Shown here: positions 33,200-43,095 of the stretch, piece by piece
How the letters are laid out: every line of letters starts with the position of its first letter
Position numbering within the stretch: the first letter of the stretch is position 1
Origin: Gloeobacterales cyanobacterium
Lineage (GTDB): Bacteria; Cyanobacteriota; Cyanobacteriia; Gloeobacterales; PMM-0068
Direction of reading: 5' to 3'
Length of the DNA stretch: 64,000 bases
Assembly: GCA_038245785.1 (NCBI GenBank)
Contig: JBBRSB010000011.1
Span: 1 to 64,000, forward strand
The notes under the pieces: model-generated
Seen by the model: the letters and a program-made list of their open reading frames with translations, nothing else
What the model was told of the DNA's origin: nothing
The model's database searches: none
Translations under genes and position numbers: made by a program

Positions 33200-34495
33200 A
33201 TGCATCCCCAGGAATTGATTGACCAAGCTCTGAAAGAAGGGGCTCAAGCTGCAGAAGTGTATCAAGCCAGCAGTGAGAGTCGCTCTGCCATTTTTGAAGC
33301 GAATCGCCTGAAACAAATAGAGTCCTCTGAGGAAGAAGGAACCGCCCTGCGTGTCTGGAAAGAGGACAAAGTCGGCCTGGCCGTTGCCTACGGTCCAATT
33401 GATGGAAAAGCTCTGGTAGCAAAAGCGCTGGCCTTAGCTGAATTTGGAGAAATCACCCCGATTGATTTAGCCCATGAGTCTCTGCGCAACCCAGAAAAAA
33501 CCTATGAGCCCATCCCTTCTCAAACCCTGATCGATTGGGGAGAAATGGTTATTCAAGGAGTCCGGGAACGTTTTAATGAAACCATTTGTAGCGCTTCCTT
33601 TGGGTTTGAGGTGGAAGCCGCCAGCCTCACCAATTCTGAAGGGCTTGCTTCTTACCACCAAACCCGTTCTCTCGGTGGATATGTCGGGGTGGAATGGGTG
33701 CGTGGAGACGACTTTTTGGCTGTTTATGAAGGAGATTCCGATGTGGTTATCCCTGAGCCTCAGAAAATTATCCGGCGCGTCCTAGACCGCCTGGAATGGG
33801 CTAAGGAGAATGTCTCCGCTCCTATTGGCACCTATCCTGTTATTTTTACCGCCAATGCCGTTAGCACCCTGCTCGGAACCGTGCTGGCGGCTATGAATGG
33901 TCGAGCAGTCTTAGAAAAATCTTCACCCTGGACGGACAAACGAGGGGAACAGGTGCTCTCGCCACTCTTGACCATCCAGCAAGACCCGAATTTTGGTCCG
34001 TTCCCCACACCCTTCGATGATGAAGGCACCCCAACGCAGATTTTGAGCTTTCTCACCGAAGGCGTCCTGAACAATTTCTACGGAGATCGTCAAGTGTCCC
34101 GCACCTTGGGGCTGGCGCTCACAGGCAATGGAATGCGGGATGGATTGGGGGGCTTTCCCAAACCCGGCGTGATCAACGCTATCCTCACGCCAGGAACGCT
34201 GAGCTTGGAACAGCTCGTCGCCCAGGTTGACCGTGGTCTTCTGGTAGACCAAGTGCTAGGCGGTGGAGCAGGGCTTTCTGGAGAACTTTCGGTCAACATC
34301 GACCTAGGCTATGCCATCGAAAAAGGAAAAATTCTTGGTCGCGTTAAAGACACCATGATCGCAGGCAATGCCTATAAGCTCCTCAATCAAGTGATCGCCG
34401 TAGGGCAAGAGCGGTTCTGGGAAGGGGCACTCTATACCCCGGCCCTCTTAGTAGAAGGAGTCTCTATTAGCAGTAAGGAGCCAGAAGAGGATTAA
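33200..34495 (+). CDS. TldD/PmbA family protein (PmbA/TldE-like)
   Basis: 'PFDDEGTPT', 'TGNG', 'GRVKDTMIAGN'; no HExxxH seen. Start set at ATG 33200. Confidence 0.88.
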   Translation: MHPQELIDQALKEGAQAAEVYQASSESRSAIFEANRLKQIESSEEEGTALRVWKEDKVGLAVAYGPIDGKALVAKALALAEFGEITPIDLAHESLRNPEKTYEPIPSQTLIDWGEMVIQGVRERFNETICSASFGFEVEAASLTNSEGLASYHQTRSLGGYVGVEWVRGDDFLAVYEGDSDVVIPEPQKIIRRVLDRLEWAKENVSAPIGTYPVIFTANAVSTLLGTVLAAMNGRAVLEKSSPWTDKRGEQVLSPLLTIQQDPNFGPFPTPFDDEGTPTQILSFLTEGVLNNFYGDRQVSRTLGLALTGNGMRDGLGGFPKPGVINAILTPGTLSLEQLVAQVDRGLLVDQVLGGGAGLSGELSVNIDLGYAIEKGKILGRVKDTMIAGNAYKLLNQVIAVGQERFWEGALYTPALLVEGVSISSKEPEED

Positions 34496-34580
34496 AGGAA
34501 CAAGAACACAGTACGAAAAGAGCAACAGGGGATGTCAATCAACCTTCCGGCCTCATACACTGAGAAAAATAGCAATTTAG

Positions 34581-34946
34581 ATGACAAAGGTTATGACGTT
34601 CCAGCTAGATCAAATCGTCTGCCTACGAGTGGCTCCGGCAGTACTGTATTGCGTGGTCCGTGCCACCAACACAAATCCTCAAGGCGAAGTGCTGTGTTGG
34701 GCTCGGCCTTTATACATTCAGGAATGGGAAGAAGTGCACGATGTGCGTTGCTCTGTAGATATTCTGTGCCCTCTCGCTTGGTTTGAGCCGACCTATGATG
34801 TGGAAGTTTTGGACCATCTACCCCTCTTGGACTGGGAACAGGCAGCCGTCTTTGGCCTAAACGCCCAACATCGCCAACGGGTCAATCATTTCATTCGTCA
34901 TTTTGTGGCAGAAAGCACAGCCCTTCGCCCACTTCTTAACCCTTAG
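34581..34946 (+). CDS. Hypothetical protein
   Basis: 121-aa ORF with 'LCWARPL' motif, ending 5 nt before rlmH. Confidence 0.7.
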   Translation: MTKVMTFQLDQIVCLRVAPAVLYCVVRATNTNPQGEVLCWARPLYIQEWEEVHDVRCSVDILCPLAWFEPTYDVEVLDHLPLLDWEQAAVFGLNAQHRQRVNHFIRHFVAESTALRPLLNP

Positions 34947-34951
34947 ACGCA

Positions 34952-35413
34952 ATGCAAATTACGCTCCTCGCCGTCGGACGCATCAAGCAAAAGGGCTATG
35001 CCCAAGCCTGTAGCGATTATCAGACTCGGATCAGTCGCTTTTCTCCTTTTCAAGTGATCGAACTTAAAGACCAGCGGGGGGGAAAAGACTACAGCTTGAC
35101 GCGAGAAGCTCAAGACCTGCTTCATAAGATCCCAGCAGGAGCCCATGTCGTCTGCCTAGATGATCGGGGCACTACTTTTTCGAGTGAAGAGTTCGCTCAC
35201 TGGCTGGAGAAGCAGAGACTACAGGGCCCACCGATTGCCTTCATTTTGGGTTCTGGTTGGGGCCTAGATGCCAGCATCAAACAGAGAGCAAACTTCATCC
35301 TCTCCCTATCCAAAATGACCCTCCCCCACGAATTAGCAAGGGTTGTGTTTTGCGAACAACTCTACCGAGCCTTCACCATTATCCAGGGCCATCCCTACCA
35401 TCACGGTGATTAA
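34952..35413 (+). CDS. rlmH: 23S rRNA (pseudouridine-1915-N3)-methyltransferase
   Basis: 'ITLLAVGR', 'LSLSKMTLPHELARV...EQLYRA..I..GHPYH'. Confidence 0.95.
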   Translation: MQITLLAVGRIKQKGYAQACSDYQTRISRFSPFQVIELKDQRGGKDYSLTREAQDLLHKIPAGAHVVCLDDRGTTFSSEEFAHWLEKQRLQGPPIAFILGSGWGLDASIKQRANFILSLSKMTLPHELARVVFCEQLYRAFTIIQGHPYHHGD

Positions 35414-35428
35414 TTTAAAGTGGACATA

Positions 35429-35495
35429 ACCCCCGGCTATCGCCGTCCCCCACTCTCCGGGAAGGCCACGCTTAGTGCCAAGGGGGACTATAGGG
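35429..35495. repeat. GC-rich palindromic intergenic element between convergent genes
   Basis: GTCCCCC (35445-51) pairs with GGGGGAC (35482-88), with outer CCCC/GGG arms; resembles small dispersed cyanobacterial repeats. Confidence 0.45.
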
Positions 35496-35527
35496 AGTCT
35501 TCTATTTAAGCTACTTAGTCCGTTAGG

Positions 35528-37471
35528 TTAGTAATCGGTCAAATAAGTATAGCCATTCAAACTATGCTCATAGTTTTGCAAAAGCAGTCGTGCTTCAGAC
35601 ATCGTGATCTTCTTCTCTTGCAGAGCCCGCTCTGTTTCCCGACGCATACGTTCCAGGAGATCATCTCGGTCGAATTGCACATACTGCAAGACTTCTGTCA
35701 TCGTGTCCCCTTTGACCACATGTTCAATCGCATACCCTTCTGGAGTTAGGTGAATATGCACGGCATTTGTATCGCCAAACAAATTGTGTAGATCGCCAAG
35801 AATTTCTTGATAAGCTCCATTCAAGAAGATACCCAGATAGTAGGTTTCTCCCTGATTTAGTGGATGCAATTCTAGTACTGGCTTTACATCTCTGAGGTCA
35901 ATAAACTCATCGATTTTGCCATCGCTATCACAAGTCACATCCGCGATAGTCCCACGCTCCGTAGGCTTTTCGTTCAATCGGTGAATGGGCATGATTGGAA
36001 ACAGCTGATCAATAGCCCAATGGTCAGGAATAGACTGAAAAACAGAAAAGTTACAGTAATATGTCGAAGCGAGAATTTTCTCTAAATCTTCTAAGTCATC
36101 AGGCACATAATCTAACTCTCGAATAATATTCAGAATCTTGTTGCAAGAGCCCCAGAAAAGCTGCTCTATCTTCGCTCGTTCTTTCAGTTTCAAATAGCCT
36201 AAACTAAACAGACTATCGGCCTCTTCCTTACACTGAATCGCATCATGGTAGGCTTCTTGGAAATTACTAGGATTTATATTTTCATAAGTTTCATAGAGAT
36301 TGCGAATCGTTGAATGCTCACTTTCTTCAGTCGCTGCGATTTCTCGACAATGGGTTTTATTGACTCCCAAAACATCAAAAACCAGCACGGATTGATGAGA
36401 GGCAATAGCTCGGCCACTCTCACTGACCAATACAGGGACAGGTATATTTCTTGAGGTGCAAGCTTCTTTTATTTCAGCTACTACGTCATAGGCATAGCTC
36501 TGCGTATTGTAGTTTTTAGAGGAAGGAAAAGTCGTTTTGGAACCATCATAATCTACGCCCAATCCACCCCCGACATCAACATAGCCCATCTGAGCACCCA
36601 GCTCAGCTAGTTCTACATAGATTTTGCCAGCTTCTCGCAAAGCATCTTTGATGACACTAATCGAACTAATTTGAGAACCAATATGGAAGTGTAAAAGTTG
36701 TAGACAGCTAAGCATCTCTTCTTGTCTTAGCCGCTCAACTACTTCTAGAATTTCAGTCACTGTCAGCCCGAACTTTGCGCGGTCTCCAGCAGAACTGCCC
36801 CAGCGACCAATACCCTTAGAAGTCAGCTTAGCCCGAACGCCCAAAATTGGGCTGATTTTGAGTTTCTTCGCCGCTTGAATAACTACTTCTAGTTCTTCAA
36901 ATTGTTCTAAAACAATAATAGGGGTCTGTCCCAATCGCTGAGAGATTAAGGCCGTTTCGATATATTCTCGGTCTTTATAGCCGTTGCAAATTAACAAAGC
37001 TCCTGGTGTTTTCAAGAGGGCCAAAGCAATCAATAATTCTGGTTTAGAACCCGCTTCCAAACCAAACTGAAAAGACTTTCCATATTTAACAATTTCTTCT
37101 ACGACATGACGCTGCTGATTAACTTTGACGGGGTAGACGCCTCTGTAAACATTGGCATAGTCATAGCGGGATATGGCTTTGGAAAAACAACCATTTAAAC
37201 GTTCTATGCGGTCTGCCAAGATGTCTGAAAATCTAATCAATAGAGGAGTATTCAATCCTCTAAGTTTCAGGTCTGAGACCAAACTATATAGGTCAACACA
37301 TCCGCCTCGGTCACCTCTGGGTGAAACTGTAATATGGCCTGCCTGGTTGATACCAAAGTAGGGCTCACCCCACGTTTGGATACGATACAGTTCTTCGCTA
37401 TCCTGCACGGTCCATGCGGATTTTCCAAGTAGCGGGGAACGGGGAACGGGAACCTTGAGTTCTTGCATCAA
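35528..37471 (-). CDS. speA: Biosynthetic arginine decarboxylase
   Basis: 'VYPVKVNQ', 'GLEAGSKPEL', 'HFHIGSQI', 'DVGGGLGVDYDG', 'DVTCDSDG', 'GAYQEILGDLHNLFG'. Confidence 0.97.
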   Translation of the reverse strand: MMQELKVPVPRSPLLGKSAWTVQDSEELYRIQTWGEPYFGINQAGHITVSPRGDRGGCVDLYSLVSDLKLRGLNTPLLIRFSDILADRIERLNGCFSKAISRYDYANVYRGVYPVKVNQQRHVVEEIVKYGKSFQFGLEAGSKPELLIALALLKTPGALLICNGYKDREYIETALISQRLGQTPIIVLEQFEELEVVIQAAKKLKISPILGVRAKLTSKGIGRWGSSAGDRAKFGLTVTEILEVVERLRQEEMLSCLQLLHFHIGSQISSISVIKDALREAGKIYVELAELGAQMGYVDVGGGLGVDYDGSKTTFPSSKNYNTQSYAYDVVAEIKEACTSRNIPVPVLVSESGRAIASHQSVLVFDVLGVNKTHCREIAATEESEHSTIRNLYETYENINPSNFQEAYHDAIQCKEEADSLFSLGYLKLKERAKIEQLFWGSCNKILNIIRELDYVPDDLEDLEKILASTYYCNFSVFQSIPDHWAIDQLFPIMPIHRLNEKPTERGTIADVTCDSDGKIDEFIDLRDVKPVLELHPLNQGETYYLGIFLNGAYQEILGDLHNLFGDTNAVHIHLTPEGYAIEHVVKGDTMTEVLQYVQFDRDDLLERMRRETERALQEKKITMSEARLLLQNYEHSLNGYTYLTDY

Positions 37472-37574
37472 ATATTGACCTTGCTATCTAAAGCTTACAG
37501 TCCGCTAGTGTACCCTATCCAGATTGGGAACTCTCAGGCATTCTCAGGGTATCAGACCGCATAGTCTCGCTTTA

Positions 37575-38576
37575 TCAAGCTTGTTTGATTAAATAGCGTA
37601 TTTCGTCCAAACTTAGCCCTGATTTTTTGGAAGCTAGTGCGACATCCTTGAATTCAACGAGGGCGCTGATAAATTTTGACAACTTTTTGCGGTAGAGGCC
37701 ATGATTCAACTTCCAGACCTGAGGATCTACTTTTAGGAGGGTGTCAGCGAGAACAGCGCTGCCGTCTTCCATCAAAATCGGAATGGTGCTGAGAATGGCT
37801 TCTGGCGAAGAGTTAACCTTGATTGGAGGAGCCTTGGTAGGTTTTAGTTTTGAAGCTAGGGGGCTCTGGGCTGTTTTTGTTTGTGCAAGAACTGAAGACT
37901 TGCGAACGGTAAACCTTTTAGAAACGCTTTTAACTCGCTTCCCTGAGGCAGAACGAAAACTTTTTACGGCTATCGGTTTTTGGAGTGAGGAAGAGTCAAA
38001 CACTTCTGTACTGGGAACTAAGGAAAGAGGGCGCTTTCTGTCCATTACCAAAGTGGCGGAAATCGGGATTTTTACAGAATTTTGTTTAACAGGATCTACA
38101 GAGCCGATAGAACTGATAGGTGGAGGAGGCGCATCTTTGATCAGCTCAAGCGCTTTTTCTAAAACTTTACGTTCTATAACCCCAGGGTCTGGCTCTTTAG
38201 GAGACACCACGGCAATCGGTTCGGGCTTAGTCTGGATAAAGGTAAAGGTAAGGCTATACCCAAGGCTAGTACTCAGAGCAGCGGTGACGGCACAAGCAGC
38301 CGCAACAGATTTCAACGGATAAAGTTTGGACGTGCGTTCTAGAGGATTAGGGTCAGACCCCATAATCGCTAAGTTATAGGCAGCACGGGATTCATCGTCA
38401 GACAAGATGCCATAAGCCTGATTGACTTCTTTCAACTGTTCATCGTTTTCCATACCCTGATTGACGTCCGGATGGTACTTACGGGCGAGACCAAGATAAG
38501 CGTTTCTAATCTGTTCCTTCGTGGCGCTTCGAGGAACTCCTAAAATGCGATAGAAGTCTTGGGACATAGGTTGCAC
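37575..38576 (-). CDS. J-domain protein with TM segment (DnaJ class C)
   Basis: N-terminal J domain 'YHPD', then a hydrophobic segment and a low-complexity basic region. Confidence 0.8.
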   Translation of the reverse strand: MQPMSQDFYRILGVPRSATKEQIRNAYLGLARKYHPDVNQGMENDEQLKEVNQAYGILSDDESRAAYNLAIMGSDPNPLERTSKLYPLKSVAAACAVTAALSTSLGYSLTFTFIQTKPEPIAVVSPKEPDPGVIERKVLEKALELIKDAPPPPISSIGSVDPVKQNSVKIPISATLVMDRKRPLSLVPSTEVFDSSSLQKPIAVKSFRSASGKRVKSVSKRFTVRKSSVLAQTKTAQSPLASKLKPTKAPPIKVNSSPEAILSTIPILMEDGSAVLADTLLKVDPQVWKLNHGLYRKKLSKFISALVEFKDVALASKKSGLSLDEIRYLIKQA

Positions 38577-38715
38577 GTACTTTAAGAAAAAAAAGTCATA
38601 CCAATCTAGAACTATGTAGCCGATTTAACTAATTCGCATAAGATTAGCAGCTTTTGTTCCTATCTAGAAGTTTTGACGAATACAGGATTATGAAGAATCT
38701 GAAAGATCCGACTCA

Positions 38716-39501
38716 TCAGCTATAGCGCACTAACTCTATTCGATAGCGACCTTTTTTTGTTTCTTCTACTTTGCCGACTTCCAAACGACCTTTTCCAGAC
38801 ATCGTGATCCGGTCTCCTTCTGCGACCAACTGACTAGATTTCAGCGCAGTCTTCCAGTTCACGCGCACATCTCCAGTTTCGATCGAGTCGGCCATTTTGG
38901 CGCGCGAAAGTCCAAATCCAGCAGAAGCCACCGCGTCCAGGCGCATGGAAGCTTCTACAGTCGTCATTGCTTTGGAGCGCGGAGGACGAATTTCCAGGTT
39001 TTCTAAGGCTAGCGGTTCAACGGTAACCGATACGGAGCGCACACTTTTGAGAGATTGCTGGATGAATTCTACCAACTCAGGAACTATAAGAATCTGAGCG
39101 CCTCGGTCTTTGAGAATCAGAATATCGCCCACTTTTTCCCGGACAATCCCTGTGTTCAGCACCGCTCCTAAAAAATCTCGATGGGAAGCAGGATCAAACA
39201 GAAAGTTTCCGCGCACCTCCACCGCTGCTATTGCAATCTCTGTGCGCTCGATAGGCACTTCTATCCGGGCAAAAGCAACCCGGACGCGCTCTGCTTGCTC
39301 ATAGCCTCCCCAGACCAAGCTCTGAATTTCGGTCAGGGAAGCAAAAGCAGCGAGTGTCTCCTGGGCTTCAGGAGGAGAACAAAAATCTGAAACCACTACG
39401 GTCCACTCTTTAATCGCTTTTTCTGCGAGGTCTACCATACGCGCTAGCGTGTCACGGTAGTCACGACTACGGGCAAGAATTTCTTCGCGGGGTAAATTCA
39501 T
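38716..39501 (-). CDS. Photosystem II S4-domain RNA-binding protein (YlmH/Sll1252 family)
   Basis: 'GGYEQAERVR', 'GNFLFDPASHRDFLGA', 'EASMRLDAVASAGF', C-terminal S4 domain. Confidence 0.92.
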   Translation of the reverse strand: MNLPREEILARSRDYRDTLARMVDLAEKAIKEWTVVVSDFCSPPEAQETLAAFASLTEIQSLVWGGYEQAERVRVAFARIEVPIERTEIAIAAVEVRGNFLFDPASHRDFLGAVLNTGIVREKVGDILILKDRGAQILIVPELVEFIQQSLKSVRSVSVTVEPLALENLEIRPPRSKAMTTVEASMRLDAVASAGFGLSRAKMADSIETGDVRVNWKTALKSSQLVAEGDRITMSGKGRLEVGKVEETKKGRYRIELVRYS

Positions 39502-39601
39502 AGATGAGGCTTTTTCTCTTTTGATTAGCAGTATTTCTACTCAATATAGGTAGAAATACTCTGCAGAGCCGTTACTATAGGGATAAGTCAAGGGTGGGCT
39601 A

Positions 39602-39826
39602 GTGCATCTATTAAGTTTATTGCTTCTTGTGATGGCTGCAGCAGGATGGGTTTTTGCACCGCGAGGCCTCGTGAATCGGACACAACAGGTTTTGGCATGG
39701 GCGGCCATTCAACAAAGAGGGCTGAGCGTAGTCAGATTGGGAGTTTTTACGGCTCTCTCTTTCGCTTTTATTCACATCTTGAACTCGATGCCATCGGATC
39801 TGTTAGCTAATGTCCTCCCTCGCTAA
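39602..39826 (+). CDS. Small hypothetical membrane protein
   Basis: Two hydrophobic segments; ends 6 nt before gcvT. Confidence 0.55.
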   Translation: MHLLSLLLLVMAAAGWVFAPRGLVNRTQQVLAWAAIQQRGLSVVRLGVFTALSFAFIHILNSMPSDLLANVLPR

Positions 39827-39832
39827 GTTTCT

Positions 39833-40903
39833 ATGGATTTAAAACGCACCCCTCTCTTCGACCTCCATCTTGCACAAAAAGCCCGTATGGTAGCGTTTGG
39901 AGGCTGGGAGATGCCCGTCCAGTATGAGGGAATCCTGGCGGAACATCGGGCTGTGCGCGGGGACGTAGGACTTTTCGACATTTCCCACATGGGGAAATTT
40001 ATCCTCAAGGGAAACTTGGAGCAGATCCAACCCTTGGTCCCTTCTGATCTCTCGCGCCTACAGGCTGGACAGGGGCAGTACAGCGTCTTACTGAATGAAC
40101 AGGGCGGAGTGGTGGATGACGTAATCTTCTATTGCCATAGCCCAGAGCACTGGACGGTGATTGTAAATGCCAGTACAACCGAAAAGGACAAAACCTGGAT
40201 TCAAACCCATGCTCCTAGCGTTAATCTGCAAGACCTGAGCCAAGAACGACTTTTACTGGCTATTCAAGGCCCCAACGCCCAAACTAAGCTTCAGCCCTAT
40301 ACAACTGTAGATCTCAGCTCCATTCCACGTTTCGGTCACGAAACCGGAGAACTTCTAGGAGCCGAAAGTTTTATCGCCCGCTCAGGTTATACCGGGGAAG
40401 ACGGTTTTGAAGTGATGATCCCCTTCGAAGAAGGCCGTGCGCTTTGGACAAAGCTCCTAGAAGATGGCGTATTCCCCTGTGGTCTGGGTTGCCGAGATAC
40501 CCTGCGTCTGGAAGCCGGGATGCATCTCTATGGACAGGACATGAATGATGAAACTACGCCTCTGGAAGCTTCTTTGGGCTGGGTAGTCCACTGGGATAAA
40601 GGACCATTCATCGGCCGAGAAGTTTTAGAGAATCAGAAATCTAAGCTCACCCGCAAACTCGTCGGCCTAGAGATCACAGAACGGGGCATTCCTCGTCATG
40701 ATTATCCTGTTCTTTTCCAAGGGGCTCCCATTGGCACCGTAACCAGCGGCGCTTTGTCTCCCCAGTTCAATAAAGGTATTGCTCTCGCCTATGTCCCTAC
40801 AGAATTGTCAGCCCTAGGTACCCATCTGGAAGTGGATATTCGCGGAAAGTCTGTGGCTGCAACTGTTGTTAAACGGCCTTTTTACCGTAGACCTGCAGTA
40901 TGA
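39833..40903 (+). CDS. gcvT: Glycine cleavage system aminomethyltransferase T
   Basis: 'FGGWEMPVQY', 'FDISHMG', 'RSGYTGEDGFE', 'GLGCRDTLRLEAG'. Confidence 0.97.
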   Translation: MDLKRTPLFDLHLAQKARMVAFGGWEMPVQYEGILAEHRAVRGDVGLFDISHMGKFILKGNLEQIQPLVPSDLSRLQAGQGQYSVLLNEQGGVVDDVIFYCHSPEHWTVIVNASTTEKDKTWIQTHAPSVNLQDLSQERLLLAIQGPNAQTKLQPYTTVDLSSIPRFGHETGELLGAESFIARSGYTGEDGFEVMIPFEEGRALWTKLLEDGVFPCGLGCRDTLRLEAGMHLYGQDMNDETTPLEASLGWVVHWDKGPFIGREVLENQKSKLTRKLVGLEITERGIPRHDYPVLFQGAPIGTVTSGALSPQFNKGIALAYVPTELSALGTHLEVDIRGKSVAATVVKRPFYRRPAV

Positions 40904-40928
40904 AGTTGTTACCTCTACTCAATCCTTC

Positions 40929-41720
40929 ATGACTGCTCAGACTCCAGGCATTCTTGCCCTCGACTTTGATGGTGTTCTCTGTGATGGCCTGCTGGAATAT
41001 TTCCAGGTGGCGTGGCGCACCTATGCTCAACTCTGGCAACCGAACAGTTCAGCAGTACCCGAGGAGCTAGCTCCAGCTTTTTATCGTCTACGTCCGGTGA
41101 TTGAGACGGGTTGGGAGATGCCTATCCTGATTCAAGCCTTGCGCCAAGGCATTCCTGAAACCCAGATTCTTCAGGGTTGGTTGATTATCGCTTCGCAAAT
41201 TCTGGCCGATAGCCACTTAGATGCCAAGACTATAGGCATAGCCTTGGACCATCAACGCGACCAATGGATTACAACAGACCTTGACGGCTGGCTAGCTCTT
41301 CATCATCTCTATCCAGGCATCTTAGAGCGGTTAAAATCCACCCTTGCAAGTGCCGTCTATCCCGTCATTATTTCCACAAAAGAAGGTCGTTTTATAGATC
41401 AGCTTTTGAGACAGCAAGGGATTGAATTGTCAGAGGCCCAAATCATCGGCAAAGAATCGCAGCGCCCTAAACATCAGGTCTTACGCGAGCTGGTTGCAGA
41501 CAACGACTACTCCACTATTTGGTTTATTGAAGACCGTTTCAAAACCCTCATCTCTATTCAGAACCACGTAGATTTGACAGCGATCAGACTTTATTTAGCA
41601 GATTGGGGCTACAACACGAAGCAAGAACGAGAGGCTGCGCAGCAGAATAGCAAAATCGAACTGCTCTCCCTATCAGAATTTACCCAGGACTTTTCTGAAT
41701 GGCCCGCTATAATTGGCTAA
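40929..41720 (+). CDS. HAD-like hydrolase
   Basis: 'LALDFDGVLCDG', 'RPVIETGWE', 'FIEDR', 'LADWGYNT'. Start set at ATG 40929. Confidence 0.88.
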   Translation: MTAQTPGILALDFDGVLCDGLLEYFQVAWRTYAQLWQPNSSAVPEELAPAFYRLRPVIETGWEMPILIQALRQGIPETQILQGWLIIASQILADSHLDAKTIGIALDHQRDQWITTDLDGWLALHHLYPGILERLKSTLASAVYPVIISTKEGRFIDQLLRQQGIELSEAQIIGKESQRPKHQVLRELVADNDYSTIWFIEDRFKTLISIQNHVDLTAIRLYLADWGYNTKQEREAAQQNSKIELLSLSEFTQDFSEWPAIIG

Positions 41721-41750
41721 TCGACGAGTGGAGCCAACCCCTATATGACA

Positions 41751-42167
41751 TCACAGCAAAAATAGAGATGGTGAAATGTTAAAGCGTTCTCCTAATTTCT
41801 TGGCTTGAGCTTTGCTGATCTCACGTTTACCATTGATGACTTCTGAGGCAATTCCACTTGAACCAAAAACATCCAGCACATCTGTCTGCTTCAAATTATT
41901 CGACTCCAGAAGGTGTAGTAACCGACTAAGAGAGGTAGAAAGATTCGATGGCAGGTAGTTTCCTTCCTCAAACTTCTCAATCGATAAGATTAACAAGTCA
42001 TATAGCCGATCTTCTTCAGGAGTTAATTCTGCCTTGTGCATCAGAGCTTCAACATGAACTAATGCCCGGTCGTTCTCTTCTTCAGTCTTGATTGCTTGGG
42101 GTAAGACTTCAGATAAGAGATTTGCGTAGACTTCCCGATTAAAAGTAAGGGTCATTTTTCCAGTCAT
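41751..42167 (-). CDS. higA: HigA-type antitoxin (HTH)
   Basis: 'IKTEEENDRAL', 'LIL.IEKFEE', C-terminal HTH 'LKQTD...FGSSGIASEVINGKREISK'. Confidence 0.88.
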   Translation of the reverse strand: MTGKMTLTFNREVYANLLSEVLPQAIKTEEENDRALVHVEALMHKAELTPEEDRLYDLLILSIEKFEEGNYLPSNLSTSLSRLLHLLESNNLKQTDVLDVFGSSGIASEVINGKREISKAQAKKLGERFNISPSLFLL

Positions 42168-42291
42168 CCTTGTCGTATTCAGCGTGGGTTAAAAAATATT
42201 TGAAATAAATGGTTTGCTTTCTATAGTTCATGGCAACTATCAGCCGATAGCGGTTTCCTTTGACATTGAAGACTGTGAAGTTTCCAACTGC
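42139..42291 (-). pseudogene. higB: 5'-truncated HigB toxin remnant
   Basis: Manual translation AVGNFTVFNVKGNRYRLIVAMNYRKQTIYFKYFLTHAEYDKDDWKNDPYF*, the C-terminal half of HigB, overlapping the higA start. In-frame TAG two codons upstream and no N-terminal half. Confidence 0.85.
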
Positions 42292-42294
42292 TAT

Positions 42295-43095
42295 AGCCTA
42301 TTTTACCGAATTTTTCAGACGCTCCCAGAGAGTTTCTTCTCTCTTATTGGCCAGCCGCCAGAACAAGCACAGGGATATCAATTCCGGTCCGTGGAAGTCA
42401 AGCAGACGGCATTCCGTATTGATGGAGTATTTCTGCCGAGTAGCCCTGTTCAGCCCGTTTACTTCGCAGAAGTCCAGTTTCAAGATGGTCCTCAATTTTA
42501 TGCTCGTTTCTTTTCCGAGATTTTTTTGTATTTGAAACAGTACGATGAGCCCGATGACTGGCAATCCGTAGTCATCTTTCCTCGTCGAGGCACCGAGCCG
42601 GATAATTCCCTACGCTATCGAGCCCTATTGAACAGCGACCAAGTGCAGCGGGTTTACTTGGATGAAATAGACGAAGAAGAAACATCCATAAGCCTCGGAA
42701 TTATCAAGCTAGTTGTTGAACCAGAAACAGTTGCTGTCGAGAGAGTAGGACGCCTGCTGACACAGGTTCAAACTGAGCTGAGTGATACTATTCGAAGGGA
42801 TATGATAGAGCTAATAGAGACGGTAGTTTCCTATAAATTTGCCAGTATGAGCAAGGAGGAGATAGAGGCGATGCTAGTCACTACGGAAAGTGAGTTCAAG
42901 CAATCCAGACTTTACCGAGAGATAAAAGAAGAGGGTCTAGAAGAGGGCAAAGCAGAGGGCGAGCGTGAAGGCAAGCTGAAAACCGTGCCTGAATTTCTCA
43001 AACTGGGCCTTAGCCTGGAACAGATAGCCCAAGCTCTGCATCTATCCATAGAAGAAATTGAGGCCACAGCTACCCCGAATCCTGAAAACTCATGA
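42295..43095 (+). CDS. Rpn-family (DUF2887, PD-(D/E)XK) protein, apparently lacking its native start codon
   Basis: 'SLFYRIFQ', 'SVEVKQTAFRIDGVFLP', 'FAEVQFQ', 'EEGLEEGKAEGEREGK' repeats. The ORF-track extension 42214-42294 is antisense higB sequence. Confidence 0.8.
   Translation, partial: SLFYRIFQTLPESFFSLIGQPPEQAQGYQFRSVEVKQTAFRIDGVFLPSSPVQPVYFAEVQFQDGPQFYARFFSEIFLYLKQYDEPDDWQSVVIFPRRGTEPDNSLRYRALLNSDQVQRVYLDEIDEEETSISLGIIKLVVEPETVAVERVGRLLTQVQTELSDTIRRDMIELIETVVSYKFASMSKEEIEAMLVTTESEFKQSRLYREIKEEGLEEGKAEGEREGKLKTVPEFLKLGLSLEQIAQALHLSIEEIEATATPNPENS

Noticed and set aside
33200..34495. TldD/E as the leader protease for the RRE operon
   Set aside because: It is over 4 kb away among housekeeping genes, on the opposite strand, and PmbA-like genes are near-universal; nothing in the sequence links them.
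35400..35530. Integrative element at the 3' end of rlmH (orfX-like site)
   Set aside because: No recombinase or att duplication; speA follows within about 115 bp.
42214..42294. N-terminal extension of the Rpn ORF given by the track
   Set aside because: This segment is the antisense of the higB remnant and is open by chance; family similarity begins at 42295.
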